Shown: positions 12,309 through 35,660 of the stretch, in pieces
Position numbering within the stretch: the stretch's first letter is position 1
Layout of the letters: every line of letters starts with the position of its first letter
Assembly: GCA_964016885.1 (NCBI GenBank)
Contig: OZ024741.1
Location: 125,550,001-125,614,000, forward strand
Origin: Eledone cirrhosa
Lineage: Eukaryota
Direction of reading: 5' to 3'
DNA length: 64,000 nt
The notes under the pieces: model-generated
Database searches by the model: none
Seen by the model: the letters and a program-made list of their open reading frames with translations, nothing else
Told to the model about the DNA's origin: nothing
Translations under genes and position numbers: made by a program

Positions 12309-12892
12309 AATGTCACTGGACCAAGACAATGTCACTGGACCGAGACCTTTGGCGGTACTCAGTAATAGAGAAGACCCGCCTTACCTAAATACAAAGTAAA
12401 AACCTACTACAGTCAGTAGGCATCTCTATCAAAACACACCCCCGTCCCACCACCTCCACCCCACCCACACCGCCCCTTTCAATGTAAAGTTATGTTGGTC
12501 CCACAACATCCAGGCCGAAACAAATGAGATTGTGTAGGTGTCACGACAAAAAACACACAGTCCACGCTGTAAATGTGGCCGTGTAGGCAACACGGTAAAA
12601 ACCTCCCAGCCCCACACTGTAAATGTGGTTGGTGTTAGGAAGGGCATCCAGCTGTAGAAAACCCGCCAGACAGTCCACGCTGTAATGTGGCCGTGTAGGC
12701 AACACGGTAAAAACCTCCCAGCCCCACACTGTAAATGTGGTTGGTGTTAGGAAGGGCATCCAACTGTAGAAAACCCGCCAGACAGTCCTATGCGAGCAAG
12801 ACAACCACTCTTGCCTCAAGTGGGAAAACCCCCGTCCAAACCCATGCAAGCGTGGAACACGGACGCTAAACCTGATGATGATGATGATGATG
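12309..12892 (+). mobile_element. RTE family A 3' fragment with tandem ~120-bp duplication in the 3' UTR (copy ~24657-25240)
   Basis: Matches the ORF end (DRDLWRYSVIEKTRLT) and 3' UTR of the element at 56917-60990; (GAT)n tail. Confidence 0.9.
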
Positions 12893-12959
12893 AAATATTT
12901 CCAAATTCTTAATTATTTGGGGAATTATTTAATATTGTAATATTATTAACTTTAAAAAA

Positions 12960-14400
12960 ACTGATGGGAAGGATGAAAGGCAAAGCTGAGGTGAGTGGGA
13001 TTTCAACTTAGAATGTAAAGACCTGGAACAAATACTGCTAAGCAATTTGCCCAATGCTCTAACAATTCTGTCAATCTATCCCCCTGTAAAGCCAAAATAG
13101 TGTTTTTTTCTGAATTAAATGAAAAAGGCTGATGGGCAAGATGAAGTTCAAAATTAAGGTTGGTGGGATTTAAACTTAAAAAAAGAGCTGGATTTGGTTG
13201 GGATATAATCGTCCAGTTTGACTTCTCCCTTTTTTTGTTCTTTGTAATAAATATTATAAACATATTCTGCAATTAAATGTATCCAGTTAAATTTCAGTTG
13301 GCAACTATTTTTAGTGGATCAAAGTATATATACACACAGATACACATGCAGACTGCTAAGCATTTTGTTGAATGCTCTAAAAACTCTGCCAATCCATTCC
13401 CTTGTAAAGCCAGAATATTATATATTATTAAATATATTTTTAAATGATGAGAGGAGGAAAGGCAAAGTTGAGGTTGGTGGGATTTAAAGTTAGAAGGTAA
13501 AGACCTGGAACAAATTCTACTAAACAATTTGTCCAATGTTCTAACAACTCTGCCAATCCATCCCTAATAAAGCCAAAATATTGGATGGAGGTAAGAAACT
13601 TTCAGGAGAGCTAGACAGCAGGTGTTCAGTGAAGAAACCCCACCTAAAGCAAGTTTTTCAACCCTTAACTCTGCCACCCCCACCCCCCACCCCCTGTAAA
13701 GCCAAAATATCGGATGGTTGCAAGAAACTCTCAGGAGAGCTGGTCAGAAGAAGGTCTTCAGTGAAGAAACCCCACTTAAAGCAAATGTTGTAGCCCCTAA
13801 CTCTGCCAATCTCCACTCCCCTGTACAACGAAAATATTGTATATCATGAAATTTAGAGGGGAAAAAAAGAAACTTTATAGGAAGGCACACCTTCATCTTT
13901 AACTTCACTTTAAAACAACTTTGAATGATGTTTATATGTGGTGTGGTAAATAAATACATATACATCAGGTTCAAACACAATGGAACCAAACTCCCACTGT
14001 CACTACCTACGTCTCTCCTGCTCCCTCCTGCTCTCTCCATCTCTCACTATCATAAGCAAATATAGGCCCACGTGCTGGCTGCCCCACAGCCCCGGCAGAC
14101 AAAATAGAGAAAGCGTTTTCCCGGAAGTTGAGGGAGTCGCACTGGAAGAGCCAAATCTTTTAAAAGAATATTGATATCAGAGACATACAAATAACTTTGA
14201 AATTTTCACATAGAAATTGTTTAAACAAAAATATTGTATATCATCAAATTTTGAAGACTCCTTGTGATAAGGATGAAATGTAGGATTGATTTCAGTGGGA
14301 TTTGAACTTAGAATGTAAAGAGGTGGAACAAATACAATGCTCTAACAACTGCCTATAAAAGGCTTTACAAAGCCAAAATAATATATATATCATGAATTTT
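12960..14400 (-). repeat. Degenerate array of SINE-derived units (copy ~25310-26750)
   Basis: Recurrent ggatgaaaggcaaag...gggattt.aacttaga..gtaaagacctggaacaaat and ctctgccaatcc...gtaaagccaaaata blocks. Confidence 0.65.
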
Positions 14401-15046
14401 GTTTTAAACTGTTAGAAGAATATTGAGATCAAAAAGATTTTAAATGACTTTAAAATGTTTGCATAGAAATTGTTTAAAACAAAATAAAAAATAAAAAATA
14501 TCAAATAGTTTAACTTCAGGAAATCTAAATGATTTGAGAGAAAAAAATGTTAATATGTCAGATGTAAAGCAAAATAAGAGCTGTGGAGGTGTTGAGATTG
14601 TAACACTGGTTAAGTGATGATTTCGAAATGACATCAATGTAATATCATGTATTAAGAGATGTGGGAAGGAGGGAGATGAGATATAGAGACAGATACATAG
14701 ACATTAAATGGGAGAGAAAGAGAGATGGAGATACAGATAGAGAAGGAGGGAAATGGTGGGAGGAGAAAGGAATGAGTGTGGAGGAGAGAGAAAGGAAGAG
14801 AGATAGAAACAGATACACAAACATAAAGTGGGAGAAGAGTGAGATAGAGATACACATAGAGACAGGTGCACTGAGAGAGAAGTGATAGGAGGAGAAAGGA
14901 GAGAGTGAGGAAGATAGAGAAAGAAAGAGAGATAAAGATAGTGGAAGAGACAGAGGCACACAAAGAAACAAAGTGAAAGAAAGACAGATACACACACAGA
15001 CATAGAGTGGGAGAGAGAATGGAGGAGATAGATAGATGAGAGAGAG

Positions 15047-15246
15047 NNNNNNNNNNNNNNNNNNNNNNNNNNNNNNNNNNNNNNNNNNNNNNNNNNNNNN
15101 NNNNNNNNNNNNNNNNNNNNNNNNNNNNNNNNNNNNNNNNNNNNNNNNNNNNNNNNNNNNNNNNNNNNNNNNNNNNNNNNNNNNNNNNNNNNNNNNNNNN
15201 NNNNNNNNNNNNNNNNNNNNNNNNNNNNNNNNNNNNNNNNNNNNNN
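15047..15246. other. Assembly gap (200 N)
   Basis: N run. Confidence 1.
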
Positions 15247-15299
15247 GGATGAAATAGATTCCTTCCGATGTCTGGAAGGTTCCTTATAAGTAATTGATG

Positions 15300-15526
15300 G
15301 CTTTTGTTACTCAACCCTTTACAATTCACATTACTCTATATTTACTATTGTATTTTCACAGTAAAGGCTTTATCTCACATTATATGGAATCTTTGAGATT
15401 TTGATATTATCTATTTTGAGAGCAGTATCTTAACATAAGTATGAGCAGCTGGTTATGACCAGTTTGAACAGAAAGAAGTGAGAGAATTCTGGCTGGATAT
15501 GGCTGGTTTAAATGCTAAAGGGTTAA
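15300..15526. mobile_element. piggyBac-like MITE remnant (relative at ~43150-43386)
   Basis: Ends in aaagggTTAA; alignable by eye with 43170-43386, which ends aaagagTTAA. Confidence 0.5.
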
Positions 15527-15784
15527 GTGGCCTAATTAACATTGGAAGTGAATATTCTGAAATAGTAGTCAGACTAAGAACAGAGTCGACAAAGTCCAGG
15601 GACCTCTTACTTCTGGTAAAAAAGGTTCCTCTTTCAGAGTAAAAGGCAGATTGTATGACACCGCTGTATAAAGTGCCACCACTTTGAATATAGAGGATTT
15701 ATGAAGATTAAAAAAAAATTAAGTAAGTCATTTTCACTAGATGTATAATGTTAGCGTTCATGAACAACAGTACGAATGAGCTGT

Positions 15785-15948
15785 AAACTCCCTCCTGTTC
15801 TAAGTCTTTGGTTATTGTCTGTGTCAAATGTGACTGATTTACTTTTAAACTTAGCTTTTGCACACATATCCATTCCACACTCCATACCTATATCATCTCT
15901 GAATATCTTGATTGTTTTTAAACCCATTGAGTTCATCATTTCTTCCAA
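15785..15948 (-). pseudogene. Old R4/Dong RT remnant
   Basis: KTIKIFRDDIGMECGMDMCAK resembles the R4-type FSDDIGMEFGLDKCA motif. Confidence 0.6.
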
Positions 15949-16029
15949 AGAGTTTCAAATCATCCATTCAAAATATATGGTTGAATTTCCTAACCTTTGT
16001 CTTGTAACAAAAACCTGTTTTGTTTAGTT

Positions 16030-16634
16030 GTGATATTAAGGGAATGAATGAGAGACAGAAAAAGGGCAAAGAGAGTTTCTGAAAAATGCCAGTTAATGTT
16101 TATGTTGTTGAGCATAAAAGAAAAGTGGTGATATTTTACAAAGTCAAGATCAAAGGGAAGTAATGCAAGAATGGTGAGTGAAAGACAAGGACAGAAGTAC
16201 AAGTTTGTGCGGTAAGGGTGTCCAGAAAGTGTACATGGTGTTGGTGTCTTGATTTCTGTAGAGTTTGTAGACTGTGTGACAAGAATGAGAGAACAGTTGA
16301 TTGTGGTGAAACTGGTGATTTGAAAGTTCTTGGTGATAATCATCTCAGGATATGACCCACAGGCAGGTCAGTGTCGAAGAGAAAGACAAGTTTTGGTGTG
16401 CAATAGAGAAGATGATTGAAAATATGAAAGATGGGGAAGATACTACGACAGAAGGAGATCTGAATGGATATGTGGGAAGGAGTGGATCGTTTGGGAGAAA
16501 TCCATGGGAGCTACAGGTATAGTGGGAGGAATGGGGAGTGTGAAAGGATTTTGGAGTTGGATGTCAATCAGTAATAAGCAATTCTAGAAAGAATACAGCA
16601 GGTGAATTATTGTCAACTGTTGAATACTTGATGG

Positions 16635-16650
<16 letters not shown>
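16030..16650 (+). pseudogene. Degraded RTE apurinic endonuclease remnant
   Basis: HGVGVLIS, ISGYDPQAG, GDLNGYVG, RNGECERILE and DYYIL motifs with stops and frameshifts. Confidence 0.7.
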
Positions 16651-27394
<10,744 letters not shown>

Positions 27395-28144
27395 AGAGAG
27401 ATACATAGACAGCGGGGTAGGGGAGAAATGGTGGAAGGAGAAAGGAGAGAGTGGGGAAGAGAAAGAGAGATAAAGATAGATACACATACAGAAAGTGGGG
27501 GGGGGGAGAAAGGAGATAAATAGGTTGAAAAAGAGAGAGGGTGTGAGACAAGGCAGAAGGAAAGGTACAGAGGTTTTCCAGTTTCTGAAGAGATTTGAAA
27601 ATGACTTCCTTGAAAATGACTTCCTCAGCAGTAAATGTATAAAGATGGACTTGTTTATTCAAATGTTTTTAGTATCTTTAGTAGAAAAGATCATTGTAAA
27701 AATCTGCAGGAGACTGAAATTAAAGATTTCAATTTTTAATGTGATGTAATCAGTGTTTTTTCAACTTTTCAAAAATTTCTTGCTGATGCAATTTCATGTG
27801 GTACAGGACATTAAGAGTTAATAGTGAAGATAACATTTTTTTAAAGAAATCCAAAGAATTTTCTTTTGACAGATGGTCCCACCCACAGTTTGTTACAATC
27901 AAGGTGATGGTAGCAATATTTCCAAGATGAAGAGGGAGTGAAATTGTTTGCAATTTCAGCAAAATCTTCCAGTGTTGCCAGCAATGTTAAAAATATTAGA
28001 GATTTAAAATGTGTTGTTGTTGTTTTTGTTTGTTTTTTTTTTCTGAATGAAAATGGAATATACCTCTTAACAAAAAAAAAAACAAATCTAATTTAAATGA
28101 AAAAAAAACAATCTTGTCTCTGATCAAGACAAAGCAAGAGTGTA

Positions 28145-28617
28145 TTTGAATACATATGAAATGAGAAAACTCATCGCTAGAACATCCATTAAAACAGTGG
28201 TCAACAGAGAGACAAACCACAAGGTGGGTGACAGGCAGATGAAATATAGAAAAGATTGAAAGAGGAGGAGAAAAGAAGAAGTGTGCTGGCACACAGAAGT
28301 GACTGGAAGAAGGAAATAAAGAAAGGCGATGTACAAGACAAGTTTACACACACACATCTTCAGCCTCAACAGCTCTCAAACCAGCAGACTATTTTGCTGG
28401 TTTGGGAGCTGATGAGGTTGTGTGAACTTGTCTTATATATTGCCTTTCTTTATTTCATCTGCCTGTCATCTGTTGACCACTGGTCGCTGGTTGCTGTCCT
28501 CCGAGGCTTTGACAGTATTTAACTGTTTTAACAGCTATTCTAGCAATGAGTTTCAGTATTTAACTGTTTTAACAGCTATTCTAGCAATGAGTTTTCTCAT
28601 TTTTATGTATTCAAATC
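28145..28617. mobile_element. Diverged fold-back (MITE-like) element
   Basis: Arms: atttgaatacat...tgagaaaactcatcgctagaa vs ttctagcaatgagttttctca...atgtattcaaat; centre cagctctcaaaccagca / tgctggtttgggagctg. Confidence 0.7.
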
Positions 28618-28787
28618 TTATTTATTTGGGTGCAGGCTTGACAGGGTAGTTTAGATGTTCACTTGACAAACATGTGGTTTGGGATTCTATATCACTCTGA
28701 CACCTTGGGCAAGTTTCTGCTACGGTAGTGTTAGGCCAACATACCTTATGAGGAAATTTGGTAGGCAGACACTGTAAGGAAGCTTGT

Positions 28788-28843
<56 letters not shown>

Positions 28844-28877
28844 CACGTGTGAGTTAGAATACAGTAGCAATTGAAAT

Positions 28878-29080
28878 TTTTGAAAATAGAATAAAAACAT
28901 TCACCATATATTGACTATAGAAATCATCTAATATTAGGGTATATGAACCCCTATAACAAGAAAAGTGAGCATTACCATACTAATGCCCACTTTTTTCAAT
29001 TATGGAGATCCATATGCCCTAATATTAAACTATTTTCTGTTGTCAATAAATAGTGAAAGCTTTTAATTCAATCTTCAAAA
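28878..29080. mobile_element. Diverged fold-back (MITE-like) element
   Basis: taatattagggtatatg vs catatgccctaatatta, and aaaagtgagcatta vs taatgcccactttt. Confidence 0.7.
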
Positions 29081-29084
29081 TATA

Positions 29085-29535
29085 TAGTACGATGCTACAT
29101 GGTACTGAAACATGGGCTGTGACTGCAGATGACATGTTGGTTGGAGAGAAATGAAACAAGCATGCTTAGGTGGATGTGCTCTGAAAATGTGAGAGAAAAG
29201 CAGAGCTTGTATGAACTAAGGGAGAAACTGGGTTTAAGAAGAATCCGAAGTGGTGAGCAAAAGAGAAGACAGCATTTGTACAGACATGTGATGTGTATGG
29301 ATGATGATCACTAGGTGAAGAAGTGCCAGGAAATCCCAGTAGAAGGAAGCCACAGTAGAGGTAGACCAAGGAACGCCTGGGCAGAGGTGGTGAGAGCTGA
29401 TCTCAAATCACTGATATTTACAGAGGAGATGCTATAGGAACTTGACGAGTGGAGAGATACTGTACTGAAAAGGACCCATCCAATCCATACAAGTATGGAA
29501 AACCAAACATAAAAACAAAGATGGTGATGATGATC
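29085..29535 (+). mobile_element. RTE family B 3' fragment
   Basis: MLHGTETWA, LERNETSMLRWMC and GRPRNAWAEVV motifs; gat tail. Confidence 0.8.
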
Positions 29536-29571
<36 letters not shown>

Positions 29572-29773
29572 ATTTTGTTTCTGAATTTGTTTAGTAAGAT
29601 TCTTTATCTGAAAACGTGTGTTGAAACCGATATTGTTATGCTTTGGGAGGGTCATGTTGCCAATAAGAAACACACGCACCAGTAGCTTTCACTCCAATTT
29701 ATTATAAATTAAATTTATAAATTTCCGGTTGGTTGGTTGGTTGGTTTCACAACCAGACGATTGTTCATATATT

Positions 29774-29816
29774 GTCAAAGTTCTTTCGTCACACATTCTG
29801 TGACCTCTTCAGTGAC
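29774..29816 (-). ncRNA. Minimal hammerhead ribozyme candidate
   Basis: Reverse complement reads gtca-CTGAAGA-g-gtcaca[gaatg]tgtgac-GAAA-gaac-TT-tgac. Confidence 0.7.
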
Positions 29817-30254
29817 TGGGGATTCTTTTCTTTGTTTTTGTCCCTCTCCTTTGTTCTGTCCTATGCCATCTTGTTTGTGTGTGTGTGGTGGCACTGCACA
29901 GAATAAGAGACTGATATCCCTTGTTAATGAGAGTGAGAGGAGGGTGATAGGAGGGAAAGAGGGAGATGTTGCTTTGTGTATAGTCATAAACAATGTATAT
30001 ACTGTCCTCAATCCTCAGTTATATAGATACATATATATATGATGGCAGCTATTGTGGTGGTAGTAAAGGGGAGAGAACAATGAAAGAGTCAGCTAAGATG
30101 AAAGATCATAAAACAAAACAGCCCATACACACCCATACACACCCATACACATGTTACATAAGCAGCTGGCCCAGTATTGAAAAGTATACACAAAAACAAG
30201 ATGGCGTAGGACAGAACAAAGGAGAGGCACAAAAACAAAGAATAGAATCCCCCA

Positions 30255-30297
30255 GTCACTGAAGAGGTCACAGAATGTGTGACGAAAGAACTTTGAC
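30255..30297 (+). ncRNA. Minimal hammerhead ribozyme candidate
   Basis: gtca-CTGAAGA-g-gtcaca[gaatg]tgtgac-GAAA-gaac-TT-tgac. Stem I is gtca/tgac and stem II is 6 bp. Confidence 0.7.
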
Positions 30298-30460
30298 AAT
30301 ATATGAACAATCGTCTGGTTGTGGAACCAACCAACCAACCAACTGGAAATTTTTTAATTCTTAAATTTATAAATTTAATTTATAATAAATTGAAGTGAAA
30401 GCTACTGGTGCGTGTGTTTCTTATTGGCAACATGACTCTCCCAAAGCATAACAATATATA

Positions 30461-30510
<50 letters not shown>

Positions 30511-30671
30511 GGAAAAGAGTCAGGACCCAGCTGTCGAAATGGCCAGAGCTCAGCCGCCGGGTTCCTGACTCTTTTCCTATTACCCACTCTACTACGCTAA
30601 GTTTTGAGTACTCTGGCGCGTTATGGTCCACCTTGTATTTTACCACACCCTTTTTGTTATACGTATATATA

Positions 30672-30718
<47 letters not shown>

Positions 30719-30867
30719 ATGTATGTGTGTGTAGCAAAATTATCCGTGGTTAGAAAAAATGTGCTCAATCTAGCATAAGAGAGCTGATATATTATTTATT
30801 TATGTTCATAAACAGAACAAGTAAAATGCTACCTTAGGTTTCAGATAGATATAGATATATATATATA

Positions 30868-31272
30868 TTTCTTTATTTGCCACAAGGGTGCACAAGAAAA
30901 GGGGGAAATACAAGGACATATGCTGGGGATTTTACATACAATCGTGTAAAAAAATGTTTAAACAAACAAATTCAACAATCGAAATCCTCAATAGGGGGGA
31001 GGCGTTACAAATGGGTTGTTTAATACCCCGTAGATAGAACAACACTCAACTCCAGGAGTGTGTTGTGAGAGTGCTCCTTTCCTCCTTTTGCTTTCATCTT
31101 CAACCTACAGGTTTATATACAGAGAAGGGTCCAATCACTTGGGCCATTTTTGCCACAGTCACCCTTCCTTTCAGTAAATTTACTAGGGTGTAGTACCTCT
31201 CTCTCCACTCTGATTCTCCTTCTAAAGTGGTACTTAAAGAAGGGAATGAGTTGTTGTCTGGAGAGAAAGGCA
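30868..31272 (-). mobile_element. Probable L1/Tx1-type LINE 3' fragment
   Basis: Minus-strand LIPFFKYHFRRRIRVEREVL...F resembles Tx1-type C-termini; ends AATAAAgaa then (TA)n. Confidence 0.45.
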
Positions 31273-31563
31273 TCAGTCCTCAGTTATATAGATACATATA
31301 TATATGATGGCAGCTGGTGTGGTGGTAGTAAAGGGGAGAGAACAATGAAAGAGTCAGCTAAGATGAAAGATCATAAAACAAAACAGCCCATACACACCCA
31401 TACACATGTTACATAAGCAGCTGGCCCAGTATTGAAAAATATACAGTATATATTAATACATTGTTTATGACTATACACAAAGCAACACCTCCCTCTTTCC
31501 CTCCTATCACCCTCCTCTCACTCATTAACAAGGGATACCAGTCTCTTATTATGTGCAGTGCCA

Positions 31564-31612
<49 letters not shown>

Positions 31613-32511
31613 GGTAGAGAGAGAAGATATGCAGTGGAATCAATAAGCCAAAATAAGCATAGTTTCACACTGAACCACACAACAAAGCAATTGATAATAT
31701 GATAGACTCTAGATTCTTTCAAGGGAAAAATCATTTACTTACCTCAATAAATATATATGTGCATATATATATTTATATTTATGTGTATGTATGTATATAT
31801 GTATGTGTATATGTATGTATGTATGCGTGTATGGGGACATGGAAATACTCGGTTTGGTGCCCAAGCGCATGGTTAGCCCATTGGGAGTCAGAGACCCCTA
31901 ATTCTTGTTAGGACATCATTCTAGAACAAAATCTCTAATGTAAAATCTGTGACTAGATCACAGCCAATAATGTTGACCTGTTCTTCTTTTTGGATACCTT
32001 TTACCATAGTTCAGTGAGTGGGGTTGGTCCAATGTGAGGCCTTTCTTCAATTGAAAAAGCTTTAAGCACAGGCATATATTGATCTAAACAACTTTCATGT
32101 GTGCTGTGTGAGCATTCTTTTTTTTTTTCTTTCACTGCAGCATATGCAGAAAGGAATCTAAGTCCTTGGAGGGCTAAATGGTTATGTTTGTACCACCCAT
32201 CTATAAGAATAAGGTCAAAGGATGGCAATTCTCAAAACTGAGATGCAGCCATTATATGTATGTGTGCTAGCAAGGAAAATAGATGTTAGCTGAAGATGAC
32301 AATGATTTATATATATGGTTGGTGTTCGAAACCAAAACAAAATATATCATAATCTAAACATTGAATCAAGGAATTAATGGTAACTTTTATTTATATTTGT
32401 GTCATCACAGAAGACAGAAATGGGAAACATTGTTAGCCCCCCCCCCCCCTCCCACGTTAACCTCTTTATATATATATATGTATATATATATATGTATATA
32501 TATATGTATAT

Positions 32512-32569
<58 letters not shown>

Positions 32570-32602
32570 TGTTGGCATTTTGCTTACATTAATTTTATTT
32601 TC

Positions 32603-32679
<77 letters not shown>

Positions 32680-32681
32680 GT

Positions 32682-33292
32682 AATAGTAATATATGCGAAC
32701 GGCAAAGCATAAACTAATTGAGAGAGAGATTGAGCATAAGAGGAATCAAATGTGTGCAGGAGAGCAGGGTGCGTTGGTATGGACATGTGATGCGTATGAA
32801 GGATGACAGCTGCATAAAAAGGTGCAGGGCACTAAAAGTTGATGGAAGCCTTGGAGTGGGTAGATCCAAGAAGACCTGGGATGAGGTGATAAAAGCTAAC
32901 CTTGCCCAATTGCTCCTCTCGAAGGCGATGACACAGTAATACAGAAGACCCGATTTCCCATGTGTACAAGCCGAAGCTGAAGCATATAGAAAATATGCCG
33001 CCACCCCTTCTCACTGCAAAGTGGTCATGAAGGTGTCAAGACAAAAAAACCACCCAGTCCATACTGTAAAGTGCTCATGTAGACGCCACAGTAAAAAAAG
33101 CACCCAGTACTCACTGTAAATAAGGTTGGTGTTCGGAAGGACTTCCAGCTGTAGAAATCAAGCCAAAATCAGTTCCCATATGAGCAAATGAGCAAAATAA
33201 GGTCACCCGACCTGGCATTGCCCATAACAGGACAACCCGTCTAACCCATGCTAACATGGAAAAATGGACGTAAAACGGTGATGATGATGAGG

Positions 33293-33297
<5 letters not shown>
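32682..33297 (+). mobile_element. RTE (family A-related) 3' fragment
   Basis: RWYGHVMRMKDDSCIKRC...KKTWDEVI, 3' UTR module and gat tail. Confidence 0.85.
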
Positions 33298-33330
<33 letters not shown>

Positions 33331-33333
<3 letters not shown>

Positions 33334-34455
33334 AGTAATAATAATAAATGTGAAGACTAAAATGCAAAGAGGGCTCGATAAAGATAAATATATCATCATC
33401 ATCATCATCATCATCATCACCGTTTTACGTCCGTTCTTCCACGCTAGCATGGGTTAGACGGGTTGTCCTGCCTTGCTCATACAGAAACTGATTTGGCTTG
33501 ATTTCTACAGCTGGATGCCCTTCCTAACACCAACCTCATTTACAGTGAATGCTGGGTGCTTTTTCGTGGCGCCTACACGTCCACTTTACTGTGTGGGCTG
33601 GGTGCTTTTTTGCCGTGGCACCTCCACGACCACCTTGTGGTGGGGGGTGTGGGGGCATATTGTCTATATGCTTCAGCTTGTACCCATGGGAAGTCGGGTA
33701 CTCTGTATTACTGCGTGACGCCAGAGGTCACGGTCGTGTGTCATCGCCTTTGAGAGGTGTAATTGGGTAAAGTCGGCTTTTATCACCTCATCCCAGGTCA
33801 TCTTGGGTCTCCCCACTCCGCGGTTTCCATCGACTTCTAGTGCTCTGCACCTTTTTATGCAGCTGTGATCCTTCATACGCATCACATGTCCATACCAGTG
33901 CAACCGCCTCTCCTGCACACAGCATTTGATTCCTCTTATGCTCAGTCTCTCTCTCAATTCATTTATGCTTTGTCGTTCGCGTATATTATTGCTACACATC
34001 CATCGGAGCATGCAGGCTTCGTTTCTCTCTAATCTACGTAAGTCTTCCACCTTCAGCGCCCAGGTCTCACTACCATGCAACATCGCTGTTCGGATACACG
34101 CATCATACAGTCTGCCTTTCATTTTGAGGGAGAAGCCTTTTGCAGCTAGCAGTGGTAGTAGTTCCCTAAACTTCTTCCATCCCGTTCTTACCCTAGTTAT
34201 TGTACTTTCTGAACACCCACCTCTGCTGCTAATTCGGTCACCTAGGTAGCAGAAGCTGTCTACTGTTTATATATCAAATATATAAGAACCCTACAGCAAA
34301 TATTTATTAAAATAACAGATTAAAGTTTAAGCGAAGAATTGCTGCTTTCACCCTTATCGGGATCTTCTGAAACTAAAGAAAAAGTTTCAGAAGATTCCGT
34401 TAAGGGTAAAAGAAGCAATTCTTTGCTTAAACTTTAATCAGTTATTTTAATAAAT
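33331..34455. mobile_element. TA-flanked fold-back repeat family, interrupted by an RTE (hairpin ~34297-34455; relatives 56001-56422, 2283-2362, ~42893-42945)
   Basis: Shared gagggctcgataa..ataaatatatatcaaatatataagaacc...acagattaaagtttaag sequence and its inverted copy. Confidence 0.75.
33393..34266 (-). mobile_element. RTE (family A-related) 3' fragment nested in a TATA site of another repeat
   Basis: ORF 33673-34122 ([20 protein letters not shown]) and (CAT)n tail; the flanks rejoin to match 56001-56150. Confidence 0.88.
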
Positions 34456-34559
34456 AAATATATGTATATATATAAGTATAAAGGATGATGTGCTCATGCA
34501 CAGAGATGCTATAGAATAGCTTATAAAATCCCTTGAAAGACGGTAAAGAAGTTGCCATT

Positions 34560-34635
34560 GGTCGCTATGAGGAATTGAACCTTATATCTCCAAGTTACCA
34601 GCTAGACGCTTTAAACCATTAAGCTAAGGGACTGT
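34560..34635 (-). mobile_element. tRNA-like SINE head or tRNA pseudogene
   Basis: Reverse complement has A box tagcttaatgg and B box ggttcaattcc; the acceptor stem pairs poorly. Confidence 0.5.
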
Positions 34636-35217
34636 GACAACACTTTATACAACTTGAAACATAAAGAGATTGCCAAAAATACAATCAATTATTGATTAAA
34701 ATATCAAATGTGACCTATTTTTTTATTTTTTAAAGCAACATCAACAATGACAATAAAATTGTAAAAATGATTAATTACTGAATTGATAAGTGTTATAATT
34801 ACAATAGATATGTGGCCAGAAGGTCTTTGGCGTAATGGTCACACAGCTATTCGCTATACAGCAGATGCCAGTTTCATTCCTACAATAGATTCTGTGCACT
34901 TTTTTCTAGCTCCAAGAATTTATTTACCCGACTTATTAAACTACTTTATAGGTGCTGTAGCAGCTTTACAAAAAGCTAATATACTGTCATATATACGGTT
35001 AAGTATTTCTTCTTGATTATATTTTGAGTTAAGATTGTACTGCTTTCTCCCCAACTTACACAAAGTCTGAGGATAAAATTTTTCTTCTTGATTTGTTTTA
35101 AATTAAGATTGTATTACTTTTCCCTCATCTTACATTAAACATTTTTTCATCTTGATGGTATAGTCACTTATATGTCTGAATTATTGTTGGCATTTTGCTT
35201 ACATTAATTTCTCTATT

Positions 35218-35408
35218 CTCGAGGGTCGGTGGATTGGCAGTATCGGTAGAGGGTCGGACGCCATGCTTTCCAGCATAGTTACGTCCCTTTATGATCTGAG
35301 TTCAAATCCCGCCGAGGTTGACTTTGCCTTTCATACTTACGAGGTCGATAAAATAAAGTAGCAGTAATGCACTGGGTAATTGCTGGCCTTGTGCCTAAAG
35401 TAGAAACA
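35218..35408 (+). mobile_element. Full-length Deu/Nin-like SINE with 15-bp target-site duplication
   Basis: TSD attaatttctctatt at 35203-35217 and 35409-35423; same family as 8094-8274. Confidence 0.9.
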
Positions 35409-35426
35409 ATTAATTTCTCTATTTTC

Positions 35427-35467
<41 letters not shown>

Positions 35468-35660
35468 CAAGACACGGTTACATGACCCAATTTGCCTCAA
35501 AAGGTACACCCCATCTAACTGATGTTAGTGTAAAAAATTAATGTTGAATGATGATGATGATGTATGTGTATGTGTGTGTGTGTATATATATATATATATA
35601 CACATATACACAGCTGGTTACTTTCCACACTTTCTCCGTTATATATATATATATGTGTGT

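Larger units (their letters stand above)
29570..30456. mobile_element. Non-autonomous HHR-bearing element with ~250-bp inverted arms (Penelope pseudo-LTR-like)
   Basis: 29631-29876 is the reverse complement of ~30194-30456. Related pieces lie at 31277-31570 and 55570-55925. Confidence 0.75.

Noticed and set aside
28408-28432. CTGATGAG as an HHR core
   Set aside because: No GAAA or stems follow.
34342-34420. HHR in the fold-back family (CAGAAGA-stem-GAAA; also ~56352-56385)
   Set aside because: U4 is replaced by A in all copies, there is no UH triplet in register, and stem I does not close. At most a relic.
34560-34635. Functional tRNA-Thr(GGT) gene
   Set aside because: Acceptor and anticodon stems pair poorly; better read as a SINE head or pseudogene.
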